Source: the human T2T-CHM13v2.0 reference genome, Homo sapiens | Strand: one strand, 5' to 3' | Assembly (NCBI RefSeq): GCF_009914755.1 | Contig: NC_060925.1 | DNA length: 64,000 nucleotides | Shown: positions 34,660-49,468 of the stretch, in pieces | Numbering within the stretch: position 1 is the stretch's first letter | Layout: each line of letters starts with the position of its first letter | Program-made: the position numbers and the translations under genes | Notes under the pieces: generated by a model | Database searches by the model: none | Seen by the model: only the letters and a program-made list of their open reading frames with translations | What the model was told of the DNA's origin: nothing

Positions 34660-35394
34660 TAAGAGTACCTATTGTAATAGGAGTGTAGGATTTCCATAGA
34701 AAAGTGAGAATTTATGAATGCTTGGAACTGTTTTAATCTTAAATTATCCTGAATGACATCATTGGAATGACAACTACAAGCTATATTCATCCATTCAACA
34801 AATATTAATTGAAGACCTACGTTGCTTCTGACATTGTATTAAGTTCTTTTTAGTACAAGGCACAGAGTAAATAATAGGATTGAGAATCTACATTACATAG
34901 ACAGTTTTAGCCCTCCATGCCTCCTGTAATATATATCATAGAAAGGAGACCCAGAAAGGATTTGAAATCAGAGGAGTTTGGGAACACATGGATGTGGACT
35001 TCCATTCTCTAGCCCATAAATTCTCTAAGATGTAGAGGATATTTCAAAGGTATACCTCTAATGAAAATGACTCAGAAAAGTGAGAATGAATCTGGAGAAC
35101 TGGGCTCCATTTCTAGTTGTCACTAATTAGCTCAGTGGCCATGAACTATTATAGAAGGGTCATTTGAGCAAGAGGCAATCTATCCATTTGTAAATAAGGA
35201 TAAAAAATGTCTTTCTCAGCTGCATTGCAGTGTTGGGGTATTTCCAAATGAAACCATATGAAAGTTCTTTAAAAAAACCACAAAGTAGGATAAACAAATG
35301 ACATTCTCCTTATACAAGAAATTGATGTTGTATGTCAGGGTAGTGTGGGAAATTTTTTTAGAAAGAGAGAGAGATTGATGTTAATTCTCACTGA

Positions 35395-35820
<426 letters not shown>

Positions 35821-36165
35821 TCATCATTTTCTCTAGGATTTCTGAAAGTTACTGACAATACCCAGACAGGGGCTTTGCTATTTAAAAATTAAAATTTTCA
35901 CACCACCTGCTTTTCTATTCAGCATCTTTTGCAGTACTCTGTAGACATTAGTCAGTAATACAGTGTTATTTCTAGGCTCTGAAATAGCCACTTTAAGAAT
36001 CATGTCATGATCTTAAGAGAGCACTAATCATTTCTGTTTGAGTTCCACTAACACTTCAAAATCAGAACTATGTTCTTTATATCTAACTTAAATCATTTCC
36101 TGAAACATTTTGACATGATTCCTTTTTCCTTTTAAACAATGTATGAAAGATGTATTTTAAATCTA

Positions 36166-36171
36166 AATAAA
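36166..36171 (+). terminator. FMO3: FMO3 polyadenylation signal
   Basis: AATAAA ~345 nt after the stop codon. Confidence 0.75.
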
Positions 36172-36819
36172 GAGCAAATTAAGCAGAATAATTATAATAT
36201 GATACTCTCAGGCTACTTCTATAAGCTATTTGCAGGGTCAAGGGGGGAGCTTGGCTATTACATTATTTTTCATTTGTTTGTTTTGTGCAACATAATCCAG
36301 GTAAGACCTCCTCTTCTCTGCCCAAGAAACATAGCATAAAGACCTGGTCTATATTGAAAGTTAACACAAAGTAATTTGTTTTATTTATATTCTCAATAAG
36401 GAAACAAACTTTTCAACTTCTAGCAGCAAAAGAATAATAGCAATAGCAATGAGTGTAGTACCAAATAATACACCTTTTAGCTTAATCTTTTAAAAATTAA
36501 ATATTTAGCCAAAACTGTGACCAAAATCTAATGCTTATAGATTAAAGATTTATAGTCTTATATAGTCTACCCCAATAAACTTACGAGGTACCAGAATAAA
36601 TCTAAAACTGTATTTTATAGTGTATTACATTTTATAGTTAAAATTTTCATAATTATGATTTTTAAATTTTGACATTATAGAGCAGATAAAATCACCTGCC
36701 AGAATCATCAGTCATCAGAGGGCTCCACCAGTTAGTTATTATACTACGTATTTCTTACTAAACCTTCCCTTCCAACTTAGATCAATGGAACAAATATATA
36801 TGTGTGTGTATATATATTC

Positions 36820-37010
36820 CTCTTAAAGGTCCACCAGTCCCATTCCTGTGATAATCCACTAATTCATTAATCCATAAATGATGCTTCAATTTATTTAAGC
36901 AGAGTCCTCATAACCCAATCACCTCTTAAAGGCCTCACCTTTCAATACTGCTGCATTGAGGATTAGTTTTCAACATGAGATCTGGAGAGAAAAACATTCA
37001 AACCATTGCA
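36820..37010 (-). mobile_element. MST-type MaLR LTR fragment
   Basis: CCAATCACCTCTTAAAGGCCTCACCT...CATTCAAACCATTGCA. Confidence 0.7.
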
Positions 37011-37489
37011 TCATACAAAAAAAAGGCTATTAAAAATTGGATTATAGCAACTTAATCTTCTATTTATTTTTTGTACTGGCATTTATAACATGAAGCAAAA
37101 AATTTTTATGGGCTGTGTTTAATTTTTAGTTACTTGATTCTATTTAGGGCACAGGTTTTCAAGAAAAGTTTTGCTTCATTTGGGAATACTTGGGAATATT
37201 TCACATCTGGTAAGAAGACCTTAAAAGCAGAATGTTACTTTGCTACCACAAACAATTAGGAAAAGGAAAATATTTAAAATTGTATACAACATTTATGATA
37301 AATCTGAGCTTCAAAGATAAAAATATAAAGAAAGTAACAATAGAAAAGAAGAAAGCGTTAGGTAAAAATGTGATCTTCTTTCTTTCTTCCATTTCTATAT
37401 CCCCCATATGTGTGTATGTGAGTGTATATATATATAGATATAGATATATAGATATATAGATATATATCATATTGAAAGGAAAGCAATAT

Positions 37490-37730
37490 GAAAGCACTCC
37501 CATGGTTATTGCAGTACTATTCACAATGGCCAAACCTAAGTGTTTGTCAACAGACAAATGGATACACCACATTTTCTTTATCCATGTACAAAGAAATGAT
37601 AAATGGTTGAGGTGATGGATATGCTAGTTACCCTGATTTGATCACTATTCATGATATACATGCATCAAAATATCACACTGTGCCCCATAAATTGTATAAT
37701 TATGTGTCCATTCAAAATAATAAAGGCAAT
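37490..37730 (+). mobile_element. L1MA 3' fragments
   Basis: GCACTCCCATG.TTATTGCAG; GAGGTGATGGATATGCTAGTTACCCTGATTTGATCA. Confidence 0.75.
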
Positions 37731-38703
37731 AAAAAGATATTATAGGTCAGTGGTTCTCAACACAACATAACTTGGTGCAATGCCCTCTTTTAATAGCTAG
37801 AATTTTGTAACACTTTACAGTCCTGAAGTAAAATTAATACACAAATGTGTTAAATGTGTGCGTGTGTGTGTGACTATAACCCCACTTGTAATGTACAGAA
37901 TATTTTCAAGTTGTGCAACTGTAAGTACACATCCAAGAAGGCTTTGTGTCAAATCATTTTGCAGGACTTCACAGAGCTTCTAATAACTAGAACTCCTCAA
38001 TCATGCAACAAAAAAACTCACCCTGAAAATTCCAAAAATACCCTAAGTCAAGTGAAGTAGCCCTAATGAGATTCACTATAAAATGAACGAAAAATCTAAG
38101 TCTCAGAGATTATGATCCAAGAACACTAATCTAAAAAGGGTAGAGTTTGAACCCAAAGCCATATCTCATGATATGTAATCTACTAAATTTGTTTAGAATG
38201 TCGCAACTGCCTCCTAATTTAGAGTGGTTTTTCAGGGTGACATTTAAACTTCTGTGTCTGCCCAAGGTCTGTTGACTTTTAGAGACACAGAAATCATGCA
38301 GCACATAGTTCCATTCAATACAAAGTAATGGACAATCTAACTTACTGACATTGATATATGATGCTAGCCCCATATAACAGCCCTTTTGGTTGAAATCCAG
38401 AAGGGATTGAGAATAGATGACAGGGTTCAAATTTATTTATTTAAGTCATCTGCATAAGAATTTATAAAATTTCCAGATTTGCACATACCATTGCCTCCTT
38501 GATATCTTTTCTTGCATGTGCATAGGCATCCCACACATAAACTACTACATTTACCTCTCAGTTTTTCCCACCACCAACATTCCCATATAGATTCCAAACA
38601 TGTTCTTTCCTCAATCTTACTCGTCCTGGTAATGAGACCTCTAAATACCCCATTTCTCAAGCCACAAAACTAGGCATAATCCTCAATTCCTTTAGCTGCC
38701 TCC

Positions 38704-39086
38704 TGTATTCATTAGCCAGGGATGCCATAAGAAAGTACCACAGACTGGGTGGCTTAAACAATAAAAATTTATTTTCTCATAATTCCTGAGTCTAGAAATC
38801 CAAGATCAGGGTGTCAACAATGTTGGTTTCTTCTGAAGCCTCTCTCGTTGGTTTGTAGATAACTTCTTCTGTGTCTTCACACAGTCTTCTTCTGTACATG
38901 CCTGTGACCGAATCTCCTCTTCTCATGAAGAAACCTATTATATTGGATTAGGGACAACCCTATGACCTCATTTTAACTTAATAGCCTTTTTAAGAATGCT
39001 GTCTTCAAATATAGTAACATTCTGAAGTACTAGGGGTTAGAACTTCAATATATAAATTTGAGAGTGACACAAGTCCATCCATAACA
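38704..39086 (-). mobile_element. MLT1A-type solo LTR within an L2 relic
   Basis: AAGTACCACAGACTGGGTGGCTTAAACAA...CCATAACA. Confidence 0.8.
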
Positions 39087-40499
39087 CCTCACCATTCCCC
39101 TACCTACAGCATCAGCAAATGTTCTCACTTCTGTCTACCTCCACAGCCTCCACTCAGGTCAAAGCCACCATTAACTCTTACCCATTATTCTAAGAGCCTC
39201 CTTCTTGATTCCATTCTTGCATCTTAACATTCCATTTTGTATGCAGCAGCAAGAGTAAACTTTTTCAAACGCAAATAGGATCTTGTCACCCTTCTTGCTG
39301 TGTCATGTGAGGACATGCTTCCAATTCCTTGCATGCTGCTGGCTAATCTTAAGACATAGGAGGGAAGCACCCATAATCCAGAAACTCAGCTCTCTATTGA
39401 CAGTTCTCTTGGGTTAAGATAATAGTATTTAACAAAAGAAGTTCTGTCCACCCTCTTATAATTCTGAGATGGTACCTACACTGCTCAAGCCTTTTCCTAC
39501 AGACATTTATACCTGCTGTATTTAAAACTTCTTTTCATAGGCTTGGTTACCAGATTTAAGTATGAAGAAAGCCCTGAAAATAGAAAGCTTTCTAAGTTGG
39601 AAACATAATTGCCCATCTCTGATTGCCAAAAGGATTAAGTTGTAATATTAGTCTCCACATGGAAATGTATAGCCTCTTGTTTGTTGTGTAACTGTGTAGT
39701 TATCCAACAAGTAGAAATTTCAATTCTTTCTGTTAAGTTCATGCCACAGGTTTGTAGAAAGGCACTTCCTGATGTTGGGAAAAACTATGGAGGCAATGAG
39801 ATTTCTGTGAAGTTACCGGCTTTCCCTTTCTGCTTTTGTGCCCCTTAGAATATTTTCATGTCACTCAAATAGCCACTGCCTTCACATTTCTTCTGCTTTC
39901 ACACTAATCTCATTGAAGGATCTGTAGTTTGCTCCCACTAATAATGTTTTCCCATTAAGAAAACAGCTGAAAATGTCACCTTTCTTGAAGGGAGTACATT
40001 TCAACATCTCATATAAGTGATTACTACTTTAATTATTGATGTATGAGAATCTGGTACCTCAACTGTAGGCCAGTGTGAAAAGGAACAAAGTCCAAAATCA
40101 TGCATATCACAGGCTTATGCAACTTACCTGACCACGATAGAAAGGTGGAAAGTGGTCAAAATTCCGGTGTCCAACTTGATTCAATTTATAGCTGGCATCC
40201 AAGAGGACAAGATAGTGAGTTCCTTGGTTTCTCGGTCATAGCTACAATGAGGACAAGATGAGTTCCTCAATTGTAACAAGAGTCAAAATCTTACAAATGG
40301 TTCCAGAAGACCAATGTCATTCTAGATAGCCCATACATTGGTGGAATAAGACTCCAGCCAGAAGTAAATGACATGAAGAAAAGATTTAGCTCCTAGTTAC
40401 AGGTAAGGGATACTCCTAAGAACCAGACAGACTACCAGAGTCCCAATCAAGTGGCCTGGAGATCAGAATAAGGCTCCAATAAGTCAAGTCATAGAGCAT

Positions 40500-40980
40500 G
40501 GGTATATTCTCTAAGAAAGGTCCTCCAAGGAGCATATGACAACATACGACTAAACATGCAAGGAATTGATCAGGAGAATACCTGTGAAAGATAATAGGAA
40601 AGGAGCTGGAAAAGACAGGGAGAGCTGTCAGACAGGGATGCAAGTATGACCCCAAGCGAAGAAGTGAGGGGAGGAGAGTTGGGTGAAAACATTCCAGACT
40701 GCCAAGCAGTCTAGGAATGGTTTGGCAAAGCTGCAGGGGAATGCCTGAACAAAGTTGGGCATCAGAAGAGCCCTGTGTCTATAAGGCAGAGGCCTGCCTA
40801 GGTATCTCTGCCATACTCAGTCATTGGCTGGGAATAGCCTGAACAAGTACAGCCTCAGTTCAAAGACAGCATTCAATGAGCAGCTTGGGTCCATTGGTCA
40901 ATTATGCTCCCTGTAGTTTGGGTCCATTGGTCAATTATGCTCCCTGTAGTTGGAGATCTGCAACTTCTCATGACCACCAG
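40500..40980 (-). mobile_element. Old ERVL LTR (LTR16-like) containing a perfect 33-bp tandem duplication (40885-40950)
   Basis: GGAGAATACCTGTGAAAGATAA...GGGAGAGCTGTCAGAC motifs. The duplication is seen directly. Confidence 0.55.
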
Positions 40981-41536
40981 AAGGAGCCAGCCCAGTAGGA
41001 TTTACCAAAGGATTGGTGAGGGAACAGGTGCAGAGTTTATACCAGATACCAATATTACCAAAGGAAAACTAATTCCAGGCCCTGCAGCTGACAATTGTTC
41101 ACCTTTCGCCTTAGTTTGGATTGGCTTAGTGATCAGGAACAGCAAACTCAGCAGACTGAAATTTCTCTGTGTTTAGGTGAAAATGTGCTTCTGTGTGAAG
41201 GCACAACTGGCAATTATTAAATCTCCTCTCCCAAGCTTGAGTAAATTAAAGAGGGGCTCTGAGCTATGAATTTCAGCTCAGAGCCTTCAAAGATAAATGT
41301 TAAACTTTTGAAAATTTTCCAGCAAGATAATGGCAAATGGTTATCTAAATTTCACTGTGTAATTTGCATCCTGTCAGATAACACAACTCCTGTCAGTGTT
41401 TTATGTTGTTCCCCCAGCCTGTTTTCAAGCAGTTTTCTTCCTGTGGAACATAAAACAGACAAATAATAGTGGGGGTCACATGATCTGCTTATTTTTAGAC
41501 TGCTGCTCTACTGCAAATAGCTTTCCAGTGCCACTG

Positions 41537-41960
41537 TGTCTCAGCCCATATGTCCTGCTATAAAGGAATATCTGAGGCTGGATAATTTATAAAGAAAAAA
41601 GGTTTCTTTGGCTCATGGTTCTGCAGGCTGTACAAAAGCATTGCACTAGTATCTGCTTCTGATGAGGGCCTCAGGCTGCTTCCACTCATGATGGAAGGGA
41701 AAGGGGAACTGATGTGTGCAGAAATTACATGGTAAGGCAGGAAGCAGTAGAGAGAGGAGGAGGCATCAGACTCTTTTTAACAACCAATTCTCACAGAACT
41801 AAGAGTGAGAACTCACTCCTGTGAGGATGACACCAAGCAGTTCATGAGAGGTCCACCCTCAAGATCCAAATACCTCCCACCAGGACCCACCTCCAACATT
41901 GGGATCAAATGTCAACCTGAGACTTGATAGGGCCAAGCAAAGTATATCCAAATCACAGCA
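41537..41960 (-). mobile_element. MSTB-type solo LTR
   Basis: CTGCTATAAAGGAATATCTGAGGCTGG...GGCCTCAGGCTGCTTCCACTCATG. Confidence 0.8.
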
Positions 41961-42193
41961 CAGTTTTTCAGCTCCAGAATAATTATCATGTTTTCCAGGG
42001 CAAAAGTTTCCATAAAAATGATAATAGTAAAGGGCAAACAGAATTCATGCTTTCTACCAACAGTTTTTGTACTAGTTATGTACTAGGGTATATTCTAGGA
42101 CCTGGAGATTTAACAGGAAATTATATTAAAATAATCCCACTTTTAAGAAAGTCACATTCTATCAGGGGAAAACAGTCTATTTAAAAATACACG

Positions 42194-42540
<347 letters not shown>

Positions 42541-43164
42541 TTAAAAGTTGTCTAGTCCAGTCCTCTAGTTGCAAACCAAAGCAACCCAGGAAACATGTGA
42601 GGCCAGTGGTTACCAACTCCCTTTGAGTCCCAGGTGTACTTTTTCTTAAGCTACTGAAACTATATTGCTTACAGTGTATCAGCCCCAAACCTGATGGATT
42701 TCTAGTCAATTTATCAATATTCTGAAGTTCTATATTTCCCTAATCTCTAGTGCAGAAATCCAGCTGCAATTCCTTCTATTTTATCCCAGTAAGATCTCAT
42801 TCTAAATCAGCAGAATGCTCCTTTTTGGCATCTTCAATGCTTGTTCCCACCCCACTGTGCCTTCGACCAATTCATTTCATCATTTCTTCTCTCTCTCTCT
42901 CATTTTTATGCTACCCATACCCAGACTCAATATTTCAGCCTCATTCTCTCTTCCCCTGGCTTGAATCCCCACTTGCAATCTAAGGATAGGTTCTATAAAG
43001 TCTACTTTCTCTATCTCTTTTGCCTCTTTCCATCTTATAATTCCCACTCTGGCAAATTAGATCTGGCTATCATTATTTTTTTTAATTTTGATATAGTATT
43101 ATTTGTCTATTTTGCTTTTGCTGCCTGGTTTGTTTTTTAATTTTTTGTTCATGTTTTGTTTCGG

Positions 43165-43285
43165 TTTTTTTAGAGGCAGGTTTTTGTTATGTTGTCCAGG
43201 CTGGCCTGGAACTCCTGGGCTCAAGCAGTCCTCCCATCTGAGCCTCCCGAGTACATGGAACATACCACCCCACTCCCAGCTATCA
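43165..43285 (-). mobile_element. FLAM/AluJ monomer
   Basis: CCAGGCTGGCCTGGAACTCCTGGGCTCAAGC. Confidence 0.75.
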
Positions 43286-44508
43286 TAATTTCTTAGTCTG
43301 TTGGAATAGGCCTCTAACTGGCCAGCTAGACTTTAGTTTCCCTGTCATAGTTTATCCTGTATACTACTGCCAGAATCATCTTCCTGAAGTGAGCCTCTAA
43401 AACACATTACACGTGCATACAATTCTTTACTGGTTCTTCTTTCTCCCCATTTAAATCTCATACAAGGGGCCTCCCAATATGACTAAAGCTACTTTTCCAG
43501 TCTTATTTGTAACTATGTTCCAGACAAACTATACTATTTAGAGTTTTCTCCCTGAATAAACCCACCTTCATGTATATATTTATGGTTATACATGAAATAT
43601 ATATATAACCATAGAAAAATGCCTGAAATCCAGGCGTTTTTTAAACCCGTCTTAAATCTAAATTCTTTCCTTTGGGGTCAGACTTTGTACCTGTTCCCAG
43701 AAGCATGCTGAGATCTAACTCTAGTCATGAATCTAATGGCAGCAAAGGCTGGATTGGGGTACTTCTTGAGAATAGCCATCCTTTTGCAAAGCAATTGCCA
43801 CCAGTGAGGTTATTACAGGATTTTTAAACATCCTCAGACTTGGGATGGTGGGCTGCTTCCACTAGAAAGAGAAGCTCAAAGTGATTCGAAGGTTTGAGAT
43901 TCTCAGCTTCATTAAAAGACTTGCTGAGGCTGGGTATTCAGCATAAGTTGTCATTCTGAAACCTGCAAAATTAAAATTTGTTCTGATTTTCAGACAAGTT
44001 GAACCTTTGTTGCAAGAAATAATATTATTTTAAATCCACCACAGGAGCACTCTGGCTGTCTGGCATGACTTGAGCCGAGAGTTGAAAAACCTGTGCCTGT
44101 CATCTTCTTTCTTAAGTGCTTCAGTGCACTCAGAAGTTACCATCCCTACCCTTGATCTTGTGGTCATTATTGCCATCATGCAGGTAAATGTAGCAGCCAC
44201 TTGTCGTCTGCCCCACCCCCACCCTGCCCCACCAAGGGACTTGCTTCAGTAGGTACTTCCTCACAATCAAATAGAGGTGATAATGTGGTTAATTGTGATG
44301 CCATTGCTTGCATGGATTACTGTATCACGATTCTCAATTTTTAAGGAGGTCAGCACTGCATTCAAGTCCAAGGACATGACCAAACCAATCCCAATATCTT
44401 ATTTTTAAGTGTCCATTTTCTTGGACCATTCCTGGCACCAACTTCTGTATCAGTTAGGGTGCTTTCAGGAAAGAGAAACCTTAACAATAGTTTCAACATA
44501 GAGAATAT

Positions 44509-44852
44509 TGATATAGTTTTGCTGTGTCCCCACCCAAATCTCATCTTGAATTCCCACGTGTTGTGGGCAGGACCCAGCGGGAGGTAATTGAATCATGGAA
44601 GCAGGTCTTTCCTGTGCTGTTCTCGTGATAGTGAATAAGTCTCATGAGATCTGATGGTTTTAAAGAGGGGAGCTTCCCTGCACAAGCTCTCTTCTCTTGT
44701 CTGCTGCCATGAGAGATGTGCCTTTCACCTTCTGCCATGATTTTGAGGCCTTCCCAGACACGTGGAACTATAAGTCCAATAAATTTCTTTCTTTTGTAAA
44801 TTGCCCAGTCTCTGGTATGTCTTTATCAGCAGTGTGAAAATGGACTAATACA
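44509..44852 (+). mobile_element. THE1A/B solo LTR nested in an older antisense LTR (~44446-45300)
   Basis: TGATAT...GGACTAATACA termini. 5-bp TSD AATAT at 44504-44508 and 44853-44857. Confidence 0.92.
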
Positions 44853-47800
44853 AATATAATATTTAAAAGCATTAGCAAGGTATCAGAGAGTCTTAAAGGC
44901 GAAAAGAGAACTCAGAGTATCACACAGATAGTTTCTATAGAAGGAGTTGCCTCTCCTATGCCTGAAGAGAAAACAGAAACAGGTTGGAATTATTAAAACT
45001 TAGAGGCTTAGGAGGAACTTGCAGAGCTGGAATCTCATCTCTGAAGAGGGTGCCAGCTGGCTGGTGTTGCTCTCCCTGAAGTCACATGAAGAAACTTGTT
45101 CTAGGAGTTTGGGAACAACTATAAATCGGAAGTAGCTACAGCACCAGCATGGCTGCAGAGGTGAAGACCTTTTTCTGCAACAATACTAACAGGAACAGGA
45201 AGCAACCAGGAAGGAACGAAGGGGAATGAAGTTTGCAAAGTCCCAGCCCCAGCAACATAAAGCACAGCGTAAAAGAACATGTCTGAAGTTGAGAGAAAGT
45301 AACTTAATCAGGAAGCCTTCTTTAAACCCATCTCAAATGGGTTTAAATCCTCCTCGTTTGAGGCTTTCTTAATTTACTCTCTATATATGTGTTTTTCTCT
45401 CTCCTTAGAATCTCTACAGCAACTTAGATGCTTTTTGGTGTCACTTGTATTTTGCCCTGTACTACAGGTATCCCTATAGCTGTCTTAATCTCTCCCCTCT
45501 TCATTGTCATTCTTCTCCAGACACAAAAACATACATATTAGAAAAAAATCAATGAATGCTGGAACAGTGTTTCATTTATTTCCATATTGCCTCTGACTTC
45601 TCTATAGCTAGTTGTTGAACTTGTTCACTGCTGAATCCCCAGTGCTTAGAACTGGACCTAGAGTATAATACATCATGTATGTATGTGTGTGTGTATGTGT
45701 GTGTGAAAATAAATGATTAGTTAGTGAATAAATTTAACTGAATTGAATGTCAGTCCAGGAAGTCAGACTTGAATGACAATAGGGGATTCTGCATATGGGA
45801 ATGCTTTGATTAAACAGTAATGCCATTTGAGGAAACAAAATAAAATATCTTCTTTTTACGGTGATTAACCTAATCTCAAACTTGGAAAACTTCTCAGCAT
45901 CTAATTCATTGTCTTCCTTCACTCCTCCCCTTGACCATGTCAAAAGAAAGATTTAAGTGGATCCAAACCTGAAGCTGTTCCCATAACACAACAAATGTAG
46001 AGAATGTGTTTTGCAACCAGTAGTAATGACCAAAAAATGTATTTACATAGACTTGCTTGAAAAGATAAACATAGCATATTATATTCAGAACAAAGGAAGA
46101 ATGGCTCTTAGCATGCCTGTGGTAAGAAATAAAGTCTGTTCCAAATCCCAAGGTACCAGAGAGCCTAAAATTCCCTGGCAGATGAATTTAATCACTTTTC
46201 CGTGTTGTTAATAAGAAAACACTACAGAATGTCAGCTGGTGGAATCGGAATTTTCAGTGCTCATTCTCTCACAGTAATATCAATTTTAATAACCATCCAC
46301 AACAAAAATACCTGCACAAGACCTAAGGAATCCAGGTGAGAGATTACAGCACCTGAATGGGGCACAGAAATAAGAAAAAACACATAGAAGAGGATAGGAG
46401 GGACAGTTTCACACTACCTGTATCACCTCTCCCCCAAGCCTAGGCAACACAGTATGGAGACAGATGCCCTCCATTTAAGTAAGGAGAAGAAAATGAGTAG
46501 GCAACTTTGCTCTGGACCCTATTACCAGGCCTGCACTACTAAACCCCAGTGCCAGGTGAGTCCTCACAGTCCCAGGCTCCAGGCTTAACCAGGTGTCAGG
46601 CCATATCTAATGGTCCCAGGCTGCAGGATAACTCCTGCGAACCCAGTTTTCCAGGCCTGCCTGAGATTTAAGGGCAGCAGCCCTCATGGCCCCAGACACC
46701 AGACTGACCACTGAGAACCCAGGTTTTAGGCCCACCCCGGTACCAGGCCAGCCCCTGTGGACTTGGGCCTAAGAACTGCCCCAATGCCAGGATAGCTCCC
46801 GTAGACATAAGCTTCAAGCGCACCCCCATGGACAGTCACTAAGCCCACCCCAGTGGACCACAAACCCTGCTGGCCCCTGTGGATGCAAGCACCAGGACTG
46901 TCCACATGGCTGCAGCTTCAGGCCAAGCCCAATGGACCCAGGCTCCAAGTCTTTCCCATGGACCTATGCATCAAGTTGACCTTTGTGAACCTAGGCATCA
47001 GACCTGTTCATCTGCTAACTTAGGCACCAAGCCAGCTCACCTGAGGACTTCAGTAGCAAACCTGTCATGGACCTTGCATGTCAGACTGCCAAGAATCTCT
47101 GCCCAGTCTGACTGTAAAGGGATCTCCCTGCCAAAACCTGTCTCTAACAACTAGAAGAGGTCCTTACTTTTTAAAATCTGCAGACAGCAGTTCAAGACCA
47201 CAAGATTACAAATAATCTGGGAAATGTGACACCACCAAAGGAACAGAATAAAGCACCAGTAAACCAACACTAAAGAAATGAAGATCTACAAACTTCCTGA
47301 AAAAGAATTTAAAATAATTGTCTTCAAGAAGTCCAGTGAGCTAAAATAGAACACAGATAGGCAATTAAATGAAATCAGGGGAAAAATAAACAAAATGATA
47401 AGTTTAACAAAGAGATAGAAACCATTCAAAAAACACACAAAAAAATTCTGGAGCTGCAAAACACAATTACAGAACTGAAAGATTCAACAGAGAACTTCAA
47501 CAGCAGACTTGATCAAGCAGAAAAAAAAAAATCAGCAAACTTTAAGACAGATCAGTTGAAATTACCCAGTGAGAGAAACAGAAAAAAGAATGACAGATAG
47601 TAAAGAAAGTCTACAAGACAAATGGGAAACCATCAAGTCAACCAATATACGCATTATGGGAGCCCCACAAAGAACCAAGAAATAGAGGTAGAAAGCTTAT
47701 ATAAAGAAATAATGATAGCAGACTTTCCAAATCTAGAAAGGGAGCTAAACATCCAAATCCATAAATCCCAAAGAATTCAGTTAGATTAAACATAAAGAGA

Positions 47801-48006
47801 TCTTCACTGTGACACATAATCAAATTCATAAAAGTCAAAAGACAGAATTTTAAAGGCACCAAGAAAAAAGTGATTCATCACATACAAGAGAACACTCATA
47901 AAACAATCAGTAGATTTCTCAGTAGAAACTTTGTAGGCAAAAATGGAATGATATACTCAACATGCTGAAAGAAAAATAAAATGCCAATCAAGAATACTAT
48001 ATGTGA

Positions 48007-48585
48007 TGTGTTAGTCTGTTCTTGCATTCCTATAAAGGAATACCTGATGCTGGGTGATTTATAAAGAAAAGAGGTTTTATTTTTCACTCACAGTTCTTCA
48101 GGTTGTATAGGAAGCATAGTGCCAGCATCTGTCTTTGGTAAGGACCTTGGGAAACTTGCAATTACGGCAGAAACTGAAGGAAAGCAAGCATGTTACACGG
48201 CCAGAGGGCGAGCAAGAGAGAAAGAGAGGAGGTGCCACTCAGATCTTGAGTGAACTATCAGAGCAAGAACTTACTCATCACCAAGGGAATGGCAATAAGC
48301 CATTCATGAGCAATATGGCCCCATGATCCAAACATCTCCCACCAGGCCCCACTTCCAATATTGGGGATTACATTTCAACATAAGATTTGGAGGGCACAAA
48401 CACCCAAACTACATCATTCCACCCCTAGCCCCCAAATCTCATGTCCTTCTCACATTGCAAAATATAATTATCCCTTCCAATAGTCCCCAAAGTCTTAACT
48501 CATTCTAGTATTAACTTAAAAGTCCCAAGTTCCGAGTCTCAAGTCCAATGTCTTATCTGGAAATGAATCCCTTTCACCTATGAGC
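48007..48585 (-). mobile_element. MSTA LTR (48007-48416) plus adjacent internal fragment, inside L1
   Basis: TGTGTTAGTCTGTTCTTGCATT...CAAACTACATCA then TTCCACCCCT.GCCCCCAAATCTCATGTCC. Confidence 0.85.
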
Positions 48586-49154
48586 CCACATTTGTCTCAA
48601 GTGCACATAAACTATTCTCCAGGATAGATAATATGTTAGGCCACAAAACAAGTCTTCACAAATTTAAGAATACTGAAATCATATCAAGTATCTTTACTGA
48701 CCACATGGTATTAAATCAGAAATCGATGACAGAAAGAACTTTGGAAAATTTACAAATACATGTAAATTAAATAATATTCTCCTGAACAATGACTAGGACA
48801 AAGAAGAAATCAAAAAGAACATTTTAAAATATCTTGAGAGAAAAAAAAATACCAAAACTGAGGGACGCAGCAAAATCAGTTCTAAGAGCAAAGCTTACAG
48901 AGATAAATGCCTACATTTTAAAATAAATGAAAGAAGAGACATTATACAGATGCCTCAGAAACAAAAAAGATCATAGGGGACTATTATGAACAATTATATA
49001 CCAACAAATTGAATAACCTAGAGGAAATATATGAATTCCTAGAAACAGAAAACAAACCAAAACTGAGTCAAGAAGAAATAAAAAGCCTGAACATATAAAC
49101 AAAAAAATTTAAGTAGTAATTTAAAATCTTCCAATAAAGAAAAGCCCAGGACCA

Positions 49155-49468
49155 GGCTGGACATGGTGGCTCATGCCTGTAATCCCAGCACTTTGGGAGT
49201 CTGAGGTAGGTGGATTGCTTGAGCCCAGGAGTTTGAGACCAGCCGGAAACATGGTAAAACCCCGTCTCTACAAAAAATACAAAATTAGCCAGGTGAGGTG
49301 CTGTGCACTGGTAGTCCCAGCTACTCAGGAGGCTGAGGTGGGAGGAATAGCTTGAGCCAGGGATATGGAGGTTGTGGTGAGCAGAGATAGCCTCATTGCA
49401 CTGCAGCCTAGGAAACAGAGATAGACCCAGTCTCAAAAATAAAAAATAAATAAACAAAATAAAGAAAA
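49155..49468 (+). mobile_element. AluJ inside L1
   Basis: TSD AAAAGCCCAGGA on both flanks. Confidence 0.9.

Noticed and set aside
46540-47060. GC-rich repetitive block as a CpG island or novel repeat
   Set aside because: CpG-depleted and explained by the degenerate tandem 5'UTR of the old L1.
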